36,116 nucleotides of DNA. Source: a virus. How positions within the stretch are numbered: position 1 is the stretch's first letter; every line of letters begins with the position of its first letter. The stretch lies in IMG/VR virus record IMGVR_UViG_3300020577_012950, positions 1 through 36,116 of that record. The stretch is one strand, 5' to 3'. This document shows, piece by piece, positions 15,596 to 24,695 of this stretch. The notes under the pieces were generated by a model. That model had not been told where the DNA came from. It saw only the letters and a list, made by a program, of their open reading frames with translations, and ran no database searches. A program made the translations under genes and the position numbers.

Positions 15596-16002
15596 AGTTC
15601 GGCGACCGCTACCCCTGGGCCAGGTCGGTCCAGGCCGCGCACCCGGAGTCCTTGATGGGGCCTCATCCGGAGATGGTGCTCACTCCAGAGGTGTCGCAGA
15701 CCTTCCGGCTCTTCCCCTGCTGCATCTGCAACGAGCTGACGGGGTTCCGGGTCAGCGCTGAGGGAACCGAGACGCCCTGCTGCAGCGAAGAGTGCCAGAC
15801 CCGGAACGAGGCAAACCTGCAGGAAGTCAGAGGAACTGAAGAAAAAGAAAAAATCGACATTGGCCCTGTTGACTCCGGAAATCAATCCGAGGTACAAGTG
15901 GTGGCGCCTCAGTCGGAGCAATCAAGCTCCACGGACGGCAACCAGGGAGTCTCAAATGTCGAACCTCTACGAAGCGAACCACCAGTGGGCGAACCGTCCT
16001 GA
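15592..16002 (+). CDS. Hypothetical Cys-rich protein
   Basis: TTG start overlapping the Thg1 stop; CCIC..CCSEEC motif. The 3' part overlaps the next promoter and gene. Confidence 0.5.
   Translation: MKFGDRYPWARSVQAAHPESLMGPHPEMVLTPEVSQTFRLFPCCICNELTGFRVSAEGTETPCCSEECQTRNEANLQEVRGTEEKEKIDIGPVDSGNQSEVQVVAPQSEQSSSTDGNQGVSNVEPLRSEPPVGEPS
15869..15898 (+). promoter_or_regulatory. sigma70-like promoter with upstream A tract
   Basis: TTGACT-N18-TACAAG preceded by GAAAAAGAAAAAA. Confidence 0.6.
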
Positions 16003-17140
16003 AGACCAGCGCTTCTCCAGCCTGGAAGAGATGTACCGGGCCTGCAGCAGCTACTACAGCAGCGCCGTCACCAGCCAGGCGCTGATTGACAGCCTTCGCG
16101 TCGAAGCTGCGGACAACAACCTGCACCTGGTCGGCAGCACCGGCCAGCACGCCAAACTCACCCACTACAGCTTCGGCCAGCTGTCGGCCATCGCCGGAGC
16201 CCCTCCCGGCTACCTCCGCACCCTGGCCCCGACCCTGGCCGCCCAGAACATCAACTACGGCCTGAAGCAGGCCAGCGGCAACGGTGACAAGCTGTCGCTG
16301 CTCTTCCACAAGAACGGCTCCACCGTGGCCCGCGCCATCACCACCGACAGCTACGACCGGGTCTGGAACTGGGAAGTCCTCCGCGCCATCAACGATGTCG
16401 TCACCAGCCAGGGCTGGATGGTGCCGCCGGCGCGTCCGGCCAAAGCCGGCCAGGCCGGGACCCGCAAGGCCACCGCCGCCGACGTCCTCCCGAACCAGGG
16501 CGACTTCGGCCTGGCCATCAAGGAAGGCGACGAAATCGCGCCCGCCGGCCTCTACGCCAGCGACCACGACATGTTCGTCTTCCTGGTGAAGATGGGCGAG
16601 ACCGTGGAGTCGGGTGGTCAGCTCCTGAACAAGGGCGTCTTCATCCAGAACTCGGAAGTCGGCGACTGCGGCCTGAAGCTGAAATTCTTCATCATGGACC
16701 ACGTCTGCGGCAACCACATCGTCTGGAACGCGTCGGGCGTCACCGAAGTCAACATGCGCCACATCAAGGGTCAGAACCAGACCCGTGGCAAGACGCTGCG
16801 CGTCGCCAGCCGCCGCTGGGACCGGGTGCTGCGTGGCGCCCCCAGCCAGGGCACCCTGGAGAGCGACATCCGGGCCGCGAAGACGAAGATTCTCGGCACC
16901 AGCAAGGAAGACGCCCTCGACAACGTCTACACCTTCGCGAAGGCGAAGAGCCTCAGCCTGATGACGAAGGCCACCATCAAGGCGGCGTACGAGCTGGCGG
17001 AGCAGTCGCCCCGCTACGGCAGCCCGAACACGGTCTGGGGCATGGTGAACGGCCTCACGGAGTTCAGCCAGCAGGGTCACACCGACACCCGGACTGAACT
17101 CGACTGCCAGGCGGGTCGGCTCATGGACCTGATTCGCTGA
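15956..17140 (+). CDS. DUF932-like protein
   Basis: GGGAG RBS; QWANRPEDQRFSSL, ARAITTDSYDRVWN, LYASDHDMFVFLV, NSEVG and VCGNHIVW motifs. Confidence 0.75.
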   Translation: MSNLYEANHQWANRPEDQRFSSLEEMYRACSSYYSSAVTSQALIDSLRVEAADNNLHLVGSTGQHAKLTHYSFGQLSAIAGAPPGYLRTLAPTLAAQNINYGLKQASGNGDKLSLLFHKNGSTVARAITTDSYDRVWNWEVLRAINDVVTSQGWMVPPARPAKAGQAGTRKATAADVLPNQGDFGLAIKEGDEIAPAGLYASDHDMFVFLVKMGETVESGGQLLNKGVFIQNSEVGDCGLKLKFFIMDHVCGNHIVWNASGVTEVNMRHIKGQNQTRGKTLRVASRRWDRVLRGAPSQGTLESDIRAAKTKILGTSKEDALDNVYTFAKAKSLSLMTKATIKAAYELAEQSPRYGSPNTVWGMVNGLTEFSQQGHTDTRTELDCQAGRLMDLIR

Positions 17141-17167
17141 AAATCGAAAAAAAAGTGAGTCGGGGTG

Positions 17168-17196
17168 TTGACGGCCCCGATTCACTCATGTACATA
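17168..17196 (+). promoter_or_regulatory. sigma70-like promoter with A8 tract upstream
   Basis: TTGACG-N17-TACATA. Confidence 0.7.
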
Positions 17197-17226
17197 AGGG
17201 GCAACTCGCTGTCGGAGGTGCCCAAA

Positions 17227-17739
17227 ATGTCCTACGAGAACCTGAAGTCGACCAAACTCCTCGCCACCTGCTGTGCCGTCTGCGCCCGTCCCCTCCGTGA
17301 CGCCGTTTCCGTGGAGCTGGGGATCGGCCCGGACTGCCGCGCCAAGTACGGCTACGACGACTGCATCAACGACGAGAACCGGGCCCGTGCGAACCAGCTC
17401 GTCTTCATGATTGCCGACTCTCAGACCGGCATCCCGGCCGTCGAGGGTTGCCGGGCCCTCCGGGACCTGGGCTTCAAGAAGCTGGCGGAGCGCATCGCCG
17501 TTCGCCTCTTCAGCATCCGCATCGTCGCTGAGGGACCCACCCTGGCCGTCTTCACCCCGTACACGGAGCGCGGCGTCCGCGCCCTCGCGGCCGTGCCGGG
17601 TCGCCGCTGGGACGCGGAGAAGCACGCCAACGTCGTGCCGGTCACCGCCAAGAATCAGCTCTGGAAGGCCCTGAAGTACGCCTTCCCCGGCTACGAGCTG
17701 CTCGGCCCCGACGGCCAGTTCATCCAGATTCCGGCTTGA
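17227..17739 (+). CDS. DUF6011-like Zn-finger protein with C-terminal HARP-like segment
   Basis: GGAGGT RBS; CAVCARPLRDAVSVELGIGPDC and VPGRRWDAEK motifs. Confidence 0.7.
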   Translation: MSYENLKSTKLLATCCAVCARPLRDAVSVELGIGPDCRAKYGYDDCINDENRARANQLVFMIADSQTGIPAVEGCRALRDLGFKKLAERIAVRLFSIRIVAEGPTLAVFTPYTERGVRALAAVPGRRWDAEKHANVVPVTAKNQLWKALKYAFPGYELLGPDGQFIQIPA

Positions 17740-17772
17740 CATCGGGTCCGGGGCTCCTGTACACGGGAGCCC

Positions 17773-17949
17773 ATGAACCCAATCGCGAAGAGAATCATCG
17801 AAGAGCTGGAGCAGCAGGGCCTGGAGCTGACTGACGACCTCCGGGCCAGAATCGACATCATCGTCAGCAGCGGAGCCGCTCAGCAGGCGGCCCTGGATGT
17901 GGCTCAGCTGGAGCGTTGGCGCCAGCAGGTCCAGATGATGCTGGCTTGA
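17773..17949 (+). CDS. Hypothetical protein, 58 aa (not in ORF track)
   Basis: MNPIAKRIIEELEQQGLELTDDLRARIDIIV...; preceded by TTGACA(17736)-N18-TACACG. Confidence 0.7.
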   Translation: MNPIAKRIIEELEQQGLELTDDLRARIDIIVSSGAAQQAALDVAQLERWRQQVQMMLA

Positions 17950-17982
17950 CTCAAGTCCACACCTACTGTAGAAGGAAAGACC

Positions 17983-19119
17983 ATGCTCAAGACCATGTCC
18001 AAGATTCAGGCCGCACTCCGTGACGGTTCCCAGACGCTTCTCACCCTGAGCCAGGACCTTGCCCTGAAGGTGAAGCGTCACCCTCAGTACAACAATCTCG
18101 TCATGTTGAAATACGACCAGCTCCTGACTCCGATGGAAAACCCCCTCGCCCAAGAGGCGCGGGGCATCATCCTCGACGAGGCCAACAACTGGGAGGTCGT
18201 GGCTCGGCCCTTCGACAAGTTCTTCAACAGCGGTGAGTCGCTGGCGGCGCGCATCGACTGGGACACGGCCCGTGTCCAGGAGAAGCTCGACGGCTCTCTC
18301 ATGATTGTCTACTGGTACGACGGACAGTGGCACGTCGCCTCGTCGGGCACCCCAGACGCCGGCGGCCAAGTCGGCTCACCGGGGCGTGACTCAATCCAGC
18401 AGACCTTTCGGGACCTGTTCTGGCAGGTCTGGACCGAGAAGGGTTACAAACTTTCGGACCTGCGGCCGAACCTGACGTTCATGTTCGAACTCTGCACGAA
18501 GCTGAACCGAATCGTCGTGCCCCACGAGGAGAATCGGCTGGTGCTGCTGGGCTGCCGCAGCACGACAGCTGGCACCGAGCTGAACATCCACGACCCCCTC
18601 TGGGCGGAACTGTTCGCGCCTTTTGAGCTGGTCAAGACGTTCAAGCTCCGGTACCTCGACGAACTGGTCCTGAGCTTCGATGACCAGGACGGACTCCACC
18701 AGGAGGGGTACGTGGTGGTCGACGCGAACTACAACCGCGTCAAGGTCAAGCACCCTCGGTACGTGCTCTTCCACCAGATGCTGGGCAGCCTCACCAGGAA
18801 GAAGCTCCTGGACGTGGTCCGGACCGGTGAAGTCTCGGAGCTGCTGGCCTACTTCCCGGAGTGGCACAAAGAGGCCCAGGACCTCGACGCCACCTACACG
18901 GCCTTCGTCGAGGACGCGATTCGGACCTACGAGGAGATCCGCCACATCCCCGTGCAGAAGGACTTCGCTGCAGCTGCCGTCCTGTCTCGGCACAAGTCAG
19001 CCCTGTTCGCGGTCCGTGCCGGCAAGGCTCCGAGTTTTTGGAGCTTCTACCGGACCTGCAGGCTCGAAGCCATCGCGGATCTCCTGAACATTCGCGCCGA
19101 GGTGGACCGTGTCGAGTGA
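17983..19119 (+). CDS. T4 Rnl1-like RNA ligase
   Basis: EARGIILD..PFDKFFN, motif I EKLDGS, FELC, EGYVV and RVKVK; promoter TTGACT(17946)-N17-TAGAAG. Confidence 0.9.
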   Translation: MLKTMSKIQAALRDGSQTLLTLSQDLALKVKRHPQYNNLVMLKYDQLLTPMENPLAQEARGIILDEANNWEVVARPFDKFFNSGESLAARIDWDTARVQEKLDGSLMIVYWYDGQWHVASSGTPDAGGQVGSPGRDSIQQTFRDLFWQVWTEKGYKLSDLRPNLTFMFELCTKLNRIVVPHEENRLVLLGCRSTTAGTELNIHDPLWAELFAPFELVKTFKLRYLDELVLSFDDQDGLHQEGYVVVDANYNRVKVKHPRYVLFHQMLGSLTRKKLLDVVRTGEVSELLAYFPEWHKEAQDLDATYTAFVEDAIRTYEEIRHIPVQKDFAAAAVLSRHKSALFAVRAGKAPSFWSFYRTCRLEAIADLLNIRAEVDRVE

Positions 19120-19291
19120 TGCCCTGCACGAAGACATCAAGCTGCAGCTCGACAGCCAGGGCCTGGCCTGCTACCGAGTGAAGGACGGCCAAATCTTCCT
19201 CTTCACCAGGGCGGTGCTGCTGAAGCTCCTGGAGAAGACCGAGAAAGCCGACCACGCCGTGCTGTTCGTGAAGTCCCGACCCGAGGTCTAA
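19109..19291 (+). CDS. Hypothetical protein
   Basis: GAGGTGG RBS and overlap with the ligase gene. Confidence 0.65.
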   Translation: MSSDALHEDIKLQLDSQGLACYRVKDGQIFLFTRAVLLKLLEKTEKADHAVLFVKSRPEV

Positions 19292-19292
19292 C

Positions 19293-19643
19293 ATGCCGAA
19301 GCAAAGCTACAACGAGCTGCAGCAGGAAAACGAAGCGCTGAAGAAGCAGAACAAGAACCTGAGGGATGAACTCAAATGGGCCGATGACAATCGGACTCAT
19401 ATGGCCAAAATCCTCGCCGAGGTTCGAACCACTGTCGATTCTCGCATCGACCGCAACCCCACCACGTCCGACCTCCTGGGGGTTACCGACTTCGTCGGCG
19501 CTTCCGGTGCTGCCAACCTGCTGGCGGCCGGCTACGACGTCCTGCTGAAGGTCGTCCGGGGCCGACTCCGGCATCGGAAGCTCCAGCTCACGAAAGGGCA
19601 GCGGACCTGGCTCCTGGCAGTGGAGGCCGGGAAAAAGACTTGA
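19293..19643 (+). CDS. Hypothetical protein with N-terminal coiled coil
   Basis: GAGGT RBS. Confidence 0.7.
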   Translation: MPKQSYNELQQENEALKKQNKNLRDELKWADDNRTHMAKILAEVRTTVDSRIDRNPTTSDLLGVTDFVGASGAANLLAAGYDVLLKVVRGRLRHRKLQLTKGQRTWLLAVEAGKKT

Positions 19644-19651
19644 CGGCCAAA

Positions 19652-19812
19652 ACCAAACCTGCGACACAGGCTCAGACGCGAGCACCGAAAGGATCTCAGG
19701 TTTAAGTAGCTGGCAGTGAGCCCGTAGGTTGATGGTCCACGGTTCGACTCCGTGGTGGTTTGGGTAAGGCGGGTGTTGAATTGCTGGCCAATCTGAGGTA
19801 GCGTCATTCACC
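19652..19812 (+). ncRNA. Structured intergenic element containing a tRNA T-arm (unassigned)
   Basis: Long hairpin at 19652-19736, then CCACGG TTCGACT CCGTGG at 19737-19755, then a further hairpin before the RBS. Confidence 0.45.
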
Positions 19813-19826
19813 TTCAAAGGAGCCAC

Positions 19827-20051
19827 ATGAGCAAGTCCAAGTTCCGCGTCTTTGGTCGTTTCGACGGTGTCAATGAGGCCACGGTGACCATCGACCGGGG
19901 TCCGGGGACGATTTCCGTCCGGCCGCTGCGTCGCAAACGCGAGTACATCCTGCCGCTGTCGGAGATCGCCATCATCACGATGGAACGCATCATCAAAGCC
20001 GAAGCCCGGGAGAAGATGTTGGCCCGGAAGGCGAAGAGGAAGGGCCTGTGA
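19827..20051 (+). CDS. Small basic hypothetical protein
   Basis: AAAGGAG RBS. Confidence 0.75.
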   Translation: MSKSKFRVFGRFDGVNEATVTIDRGPGTISVRPLRRKREYILPLSEIAIITMERIIKAEAREKMLARKAKRKGL

Positions 20052-20251
20052 CCGAGACCCAGCAGAAGATCCTGATGTCGCTTCAGGGCGGGGCCCGAGA
20101 CCTCCAGGGCCTGGACCTGGGGCCTGCCTACGAACTCCACCGGCAAGGCCTGGTTTTCATGGCCAGCGGGACCTGGCCGACGATGTCCTGCCACATCACC
20201 TTCGCCGGGCGTAAGGCCCTGTCTAAAACTCTGAAAGGAAGTCTGCTGTGA
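20048..20251 (+). CDS. Hypothetical protein, possible winged helix
   Basis: Overlap-coupled; ends in HITFAGRKAL. Confidence 0.6.
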   Translation: MTETQQKILMSLQGGARDLQGLDLGPAYELHRQGLVFMASGTWPTMSCHITFAGRKALSKTLKGSLL

Positions 20252-20490
20252 AAATCGAAACCCGCTACACCTGGGAACCGTCAGACATCAAGGCCGGTGT
20301 GAAGGCGTACTTCAGCGACGGCATCGGCTTCTTTATGGTTGGCCAGTACGCCGCCTCCACGCACAGCGACGCGTTCCTGATCATAGACCGGTTCAGTCAC
20401 GTCTACTCGACCATCTACACGGCAAAAGAGCTGGCCAACGATTTCACGGCCAGGAACCTGGCCCCGAAGAGCCCAAAGGCCGGGTCCTGA
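20248..20490 (+). CDS. Hypothetical protein
   Basis: Overlap-coupled ORF. Confidence 0.65.
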   Translation: MKIETRYTWEPSDIKAGVKAYFSDGIGFFMVGQYAASTHSDAFLIIDRFSHVYSTIYTAKELANDFTARNLAPKSPKAGS

Positions 20491-20495
20491 GTCAG

Positions 20496-20753
20496 ATGGC
20501 CGACCGCAAAGACATCCTTCATTGCCGCCCCATCAACCTCCACGGCAACCTCTGTGGAGCTGACGACCAGGTTGACGGCGGAGTCACGGTTCTCTCCATA
20601 GTCAACTGCCCGGAGTGCCTGGTTATGGCGGATATGCCGGGCTGCATCGAGCTGGTGAGCTGCGGCCTCGCCAAGACGGGGCCGAGCTTTCGGCAGCACG
20701 AGAAGGCACAGCAGGCCAGGAACTCGCTGGACCCGAAGGCACTGGTGTGGTAA
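20496..20753 (+). CDS. Hypothetical Cys-rich protein
   Basis: Operon spacing. Confidence 0.6.
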   Translation: MADRKDILHCRPINLHGNLCGADDQVDGGVTVLSIVNCPECLVMADMPGCIELVSCGLAKTGPSFRQHEKAQQARNSLDPKALVW

Positions 20754-20762
20754 ACCCCAGCC

Positions 20763-20981
20763 ATGCTCCAAGCCCGGTGGACGATTGACGACGGTCCTGA
20801 AGGTCGGCACGTCGTGTATTCGGATTCAAGTCGAGGTGTGTACTTCGACTGCGGTGTCTGTCCTGCTGAGACCTTGACACCGACCATCTTGGAGTTCATT
20901 CTCAGCGAAGGAGACCCGGGTGACCTGGTCTTCCTCAACGGTACCTTTCTCAGTCAAAACCCAAACGAGGCCCAGGCATGA
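20763..20981 (+). CDS. Hypothetical protein
   Basis: Operon spacing and ATGA overlap. Confidence 0.6.
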   Translation: MLQARWTIDDGPEGRHVVYSDSSRGVYFDCGVCPAETLTPTILEFILSEGDPGDLVFLNGTFLSQNPNEAQA

Positions 20982-21463
20982 ACCTGAAAACGCCGTTCCT
21001 GAAGCGAGACCAGCTGGAAGCTGTGAAACGGCTGTTGCGGATCAACTTCGGCCGCGCCGTCGCGTACCGATTGCAAGCCAACGAGAAGGCAGAGAACCCG
21101 GCACCGGCACCAGAGACGGCGGCCCTGATTGTCCACTTGTTGGACGAGCTGACCCGCGTCGACCAGCCCCTGACCGTCGCCATGGCGATCCTCGACATGC
21201 AGGGTCTGGCCGGAGTCTACCTGCCGATGTCCGACGAGCTGTTCGACTACTACGAGAAGATTCTCGCCGAGACGGACATCAGCCCCGAGACGTTCCCGGG
21301 CATCAACCCGGAGGTCGCGAAGGGGATGCTGGACCCCCTCAAGGTCAGCGTCACTGAGACCCAGAAGGCGTTCGCCGACGCCGGCTTCATGACCCGGGCC
21401 GAGATGAAGCGGAGCCAGGGCACGGGCCTCAGCGGCAGCATCGCCAAGGGAGTGCTCAACTGA
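20978..21463 (+). CDS. Hypothetical protein
   Basis: High-GC3 coupled ORF. Confidence 0.75.
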   Translation: MNLKTPFLKRDQLEAVKRLLRINFGRAVAYRLQANEKAENPAPAPETAALIVHLLDELTRVDQPLTVAMAILDMQGLAGVYLPMSDELFDYYEKILAETDISPETFPGINPEVAKGMLDPLKVSVTETQKAFADAGFMTRAEMKRSQGTGLSGSIAKGVLN

Positions 21464-21534
21464 TGAGCTGCCTCGCCGCCGCGATTCTCGTCCTCATCCT
21501 GGTCCTGGCTCTGACTCACGACCACCTGGACTGA
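21463..21534 (+). CDS. Putative 23-aa membrane peptide (MSCLAAAILVLILVLALTHDHLD)
   Basis: TGATG coupling with GGGAG upstream; fills the gap before the RNase H gene. Confidence 0.45.
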   Translation: MSCLAAAILVLILVLALTHDHLD

Positions 21535-21543
21535 GGTGGCTGC

Positions 21544-22023
21544 TTGAAGAGGTTCAGCGTCTACGCAGATGGCAGTTCCGGCCACAACAGCATGGGGGCA
21601 ATCGGCTGGGGCTGGGTGGTGGTCGTCGACAACGCCCAGATTCTCTGCTCGGGCTCGGGCGGGCATGAAATTGGAACGAACAACATCGCCGAGCTGATGG
21701 CGGCTCGGGAGGGGCTGAGGGCTCTCTTCCAACACCCGACGTTCACGGACGCTCGGACCGGGCCACACAGTGTCGAGCTGGTCAGCGACAGCCAGTACGT
21801 GCTGGGGCTTGCCAACGGCAGCTACTCCGCCAGCAAGAACATCGCCTTGGCCGAGCACGTCCGGGACATCTGCAGGACGAACTTCGTCAGCACCCGCTGG
21901 GTCAAGGGTCACAATGGCGACCCGCTGAATGAAATCTGCGACCGCCTGGCCAAGCACGGCAAGGCGCAGTTTGCACCGAAGAAATCGACCTCGAAGTCTC
22001 GGCGCCGGAGCCGGCGCAGTTGA
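21544..22023 (+). CDS. rnhA: Ribonuclease HI
   Basis: VYADGSS, TNNIAEL, SDSQYV and WVKGH..NEICDRLA catalytic motifs. Confidence 0.92.
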   Translation: MKRFSVYADGSSGHNSMGAIGWGWVVVVDNAQILCSGSGGHEIGTNNIAELMAAREGLRALFQHPTFTDARTGPHSVELVSDSQYVLGLANGSYSASKNIALAEHVRDICRTNFVSTRWVKGHNGDPLNEICDRLAKHGKAQFAPKKSTSKSRRRSRRS

Positions 22024-22056
22024 CAGCAGCACCTGACCCGCTGTACAAGGAGTACC

Positions 22057-22245
22057 ATGCTCAAAATTCTCAGCGACATCGGAACCACCCTCATCAACGA
22101 TGAAGGCAAGGCGACCGTCTACTTGAAGAAGCCGATCCAGTGCAAGCGCTGCGACCGGGCCGTGATGATCGTCATCAACGAAATGGGCTCCAGCCGCTGC
22201 CTGAGCTGCCCCGACCCGAAGGAAACCTTGAAGGAGAAGAAATGA
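22057..22245 (+). CDS. Small Zn-ribbon protein
   Basis: CKRC..CLSC motif; promoter TTGACA(22020)-N18-TACAAG. Confidence 0.7.
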   Translation: MLKILSDIGTTLINDEGKATVYLKKPIQCKRCDRAVMIVINEMGSSRCLSCPDPKETLKEKK

Positions 22246-22610
22246 CCAGCCACAACGTCTACAAGCAGCGCTTTCAGGAGCTGATTCGCTGCACCACCGC
22301 AGCAAAGAAGAAGGACTTCAACATGGAGTACTTCTTTGACGACTGCGGCACGCCTGGCTGCATCCTGGGCAACTTCGCCGCAGCTCACCCCCGGACTCAG
22401 CTCGCAGCGTCTATCAAGACCCTGACGGGCGTCGTCTTTGAGCAGGCCAGCCTGTATTTTGGTCTGGACCGAGCTTATAGTGGTCTGGGTCGCCACTTCG
22501 AAGCCGTGGAACTCTTCGCCGAAGACGGCTGCGGCGGCGCGAAGACCCCTGCCCAGGCCGTGGCGTACCTCCGGAAGTTCTGGCAGAAGAAGCACGGGGA
22601 GAAGCTGTGA
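22242..22610 (+). CDS. Hypothetical protein (CGTxxCxxG family)
   Basis: AAGGAG RBS; CGTPGCILG motif. Confidence 0.7.
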   Translation: MTSHNVYKQRFQELIRCTTAAKKKDFNMEYFFDDCGTPGCILGNFAAAHPRTQLAASIKTLTGVVFEQASLYFGLDRAYSGLGRHFEAVELFAEDGCGGAKTPAQAVAYLRKFWQKKHGEKL

Positions 22611-23050
22611 TGAAGAAGCTCATCATCACCAAGGGCTTGCCGGGTGCCGGCAAGTCGACCTGGCTGCGGACTCAGGTCCCCGACGCAGTGGTCTGCAGTG
22701 CTGACGACTTCTTCATGGTCGACGGCAAGTACCAGTACGACCGGACCAAAATCGACGAAGCCCATCGGTACTGCGCGGACCGCTTCGAGGCGGCTCTGAA
22801 GGCTGGCGAGCCGCTGATTGCGCTCGACAACACGAACCTCCGCAACGCCCACCTCCAGCCCTACATCGCCCAGGCCCAGGTGTACGGCTACGAGATTGAA
22901 ATCCACACCTTCCGGATCAGCATCGACGCCAGCGCGGCCCGGAACAGCCACGGCGTCCCGCATCGGCACGTTCACCGCATGGCCGGCTACAGCGAGGAGC
23001 TGCTGCCGGAATGGCAGAAGTTTGAGACCGTCCACGAGAGCGGCCTGTGA
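22607..23050 (+). CDS. P-loop kinase (AAA_33 / polynucleotide-kinase-like)
   Basis: GLPGAGKST, CSADDFF, DNTN and RNSHGVP motifs. Confidence 0.85.
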   Translation: MMKKLIITKGLPGAGKSTWLRTQVPDAVVCSADDFFMVDGKYQYDRTKIDEAHRYCADRFEAALKAGEPLIALDNTNLRNAHLQPYIAQAQVYGYEIEIHTFRISIDASAARNSHGVPHRHVHRMAGYSEELLPEWQKFETVHESGL

Positions 23051-23229
23051 GGGGCCTGCCCATCACCGTCACCCTGGATTCCGAACTCTGGAACTACATC
23101 CAGGCGGTGGCAACCGCGTACCAGCTCAGCACCAGCGCTGCAGCGGCGATGGTGATTCGGAACAGCTACAGCGAGATGCTGGCCAAAACTGAGCTGGCGG
23201 CGGTGAAGCCGAAGGGGAAGAAGAAATGA
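23047..23229 (+). CDS. Small protein, possible ribbon-helix-helix
   Basis: Beta-like ITVTLD followed by two helices. Confidence 0.5.
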   Translation: MRGLPITVTLDSELWNYIQAVATAYQLSTSAAAAMVIRNSYSEMLAKTELAAVKPKGKKK

Positions 23230-23489
23230 AGCCGACCCGGAAAGAGTTGAAAATCGTCAAGTTCCTTCTCGCCGAAGAGAAGCGGCTCCGGCAGGCCCAT
23301 CAGTCCATGAAGAAGCAGAAGCTGCCCCGGAAGGGCTCCGGGGAGCAAGGCGAGCTGACCCGAGACTACGTGCTGACCCGGCTCACGGAGCTGCCGGCGC
23401 AAATCCACCTCATGGCCACCGTCACGGAGGCCGTCGTGGACACTCTCGGTGGCTGGGGCAAGTTCAAGGCGCTGCTCGATGGGAAGTGA
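23226..23489 (+). CDS. Hypothetical protein
   Basis: Coupled ORF. Confidence 0.65.
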   Translation: MKPTRKELKIVKFLLAEEKRLRQAHQSMKKQKLPRKGSGEQGELTRDYVLTRLTELPAQIHLMATVTEAVVDTLGGWGKFKALLDGK

Positions 23490-23946
23490 AGGCCTGAGGC
23501 TTTATCCGGAGCTGGTGTCTGACATCGAGTGTCAGGACTTGATTCTCTACGTGTCAACCATGAGCCTGGAACCGGTGAAGTCGGCCGTGCCGAGGCTGGG
23601 CCTGCGCGGCGAGTTTCAGATGCCGAGCCTCAGCGACCAGGTGGGCCAGGCCCTGGGTGGCATGGTCAGCAGCCGCTGGCTGGCCTATAAGTACCCTGAG
23701 GGCGGATTCATCTCCCCTCACTACGACGGACCGTACCGACAGGCGATGAAGAAGAGTCGCCGGGCCGTGCTGCTGTACCTGAACTCAGACTTCCAGGGTG
23801 GGAACACTCTTTTCTACCTGCCGTCGGGTCCAAAGCTGGTCCGCCCCGAAGAGGGGCTCGTGGTGACGTTTGGCTACGACCTTCTCCACGAGGGCCTGGA
23901 AGTACTGGCCGGCACGAAGTGGATGCTGCGGGCCGACCTGTTTTGA
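23479..23946 (+). CDS. 2OG-Fe(II) oxygenase (prolyl-hydroxylase-like)
   Basis: HYDG (HxD), LLYLN..FQGGNT, LHEG and KWMLRAD motifs. Confidence 0.88.
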   Translation: MGSEGLRLYPELVSDIECQDLILYVSTMSLEPVKSAVPRLGLRGEFQMPSLSDQVGQALGGMVSSRWLAYKYPEGGFISPHYDGPYRQAMKKSRRAVLLYLNSDFQGGNTLFYLPSGPKLVRPEEGLVVTFGYDLLHEGLEVLAGTKWMLRADLF

Positions 23947-23992
23947 CAAAGAGCTGAGAAGGCTCTAGGATGCAGCACAAGGAGAAACACGC

Positions 23993-24211
23993 ATGACACC
24001 AGAAGCAAAAGACACGAGTGCCACCATTGCAGCCTACCTGATTATGGGGATCGTCAAGCTCACGGTCCTCTTCATCTTGACCTGGTTCTTCCAGGAGAGC
24101 TGGAACTCTTTCCTGACGCCGGTCTTCGGCGCGGCCCGGCTGACCTACAACCAGGCCCTGGGAGGGCTGGTGCTGCTGTCGATCCTCGCCACCTTCCTGA
24201 AAAAGGCCTGA
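23993..24211 (+). CDS. Small membrane protein (2 TM)
   Basis: Two hydrophobic stretches; AAGGAG RBS; promoter TTGACA(23943)-N17-TAGGAT. Confidence 0.75.
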   Translation: MTPEAKDTSATIAAYLIMGIVKLTVLFILTWFFQESWNSFLTPVFGAARLTYNQALGGLVLLSILATFLKKA

Positions 24212-24213
24212 AG

Positions 24214-24501
24214 ATGCGAGCCAAGCTGACCTGGGTTGCGAGCACCAGCGGAACGAAACGTCGCTTCCGGACCGAGGCCGTGGAGGGTAACCTGGTCGTG
24301 TTCCCGGTCGTTGGCGGTTCCTGCATCGTCATTGCGCCGCCGATTGACCCTGGGGCCACGTACCGCCAGGCTTCGACGTCGCGAATCGTCAGCATCGTCT
24401 CTGACGTAAACCAGCCCATGGCGGGGCGGCGCCTGGTCGTCTTCGAGACACTGAACAGCCGCTACGAACTGGAAGTCTTCGCTGAAGAGGGTCGAGCATG
24501 A
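24214..24501 (+). CDS. Hypothetical protein
   Basis: Operon spacing; ends in FETLNSRYEL. Confidence 0.7.
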   Translation: MRAKLTWVASTSGTKRRFRTEAVEGNLVVFPVVGGSCIVIAPPIDPGATYRQASTSRIVSIVSDVNQPMAGRRLVVFETLNSRYELEVFAEEGRA

Positions 24502-24695
24502 GCAGAGACACTGAAGTCAACCCCTGCGGAGAGATCCGGCTCGAAGCCGGAGAGGTCTGCCAGCTGACGGCGCCGCCGGAGCCGATTCGGCCCCCGGTAC
24601 GGAACCTGAACTGGCTCGGAGACCTGAACCTCATGTTCTGGGCCTTTCAGGGTGGCATCCTGATTGGCTGGGCTCTGGCTGGGTGCTGGTCATGA
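24498..24695 (+). CDS. Small protein with C-terminal TM
   Basis: ATGA coupling. Confidence 0.55.
   Translation: MSRDTEVNPCGEIRLEAGEVCQLTAPPEPIRPPVRNLNWLGDLNLMFWAFQGGILIGWALAGCWS

Noticed and set aside
19676-19703. Glycine riboswitch-like words (CACCGAA..TCTCAGG)
   Set aside because: The GGAGA/P2 elements are missing and no related gene lies downstream.
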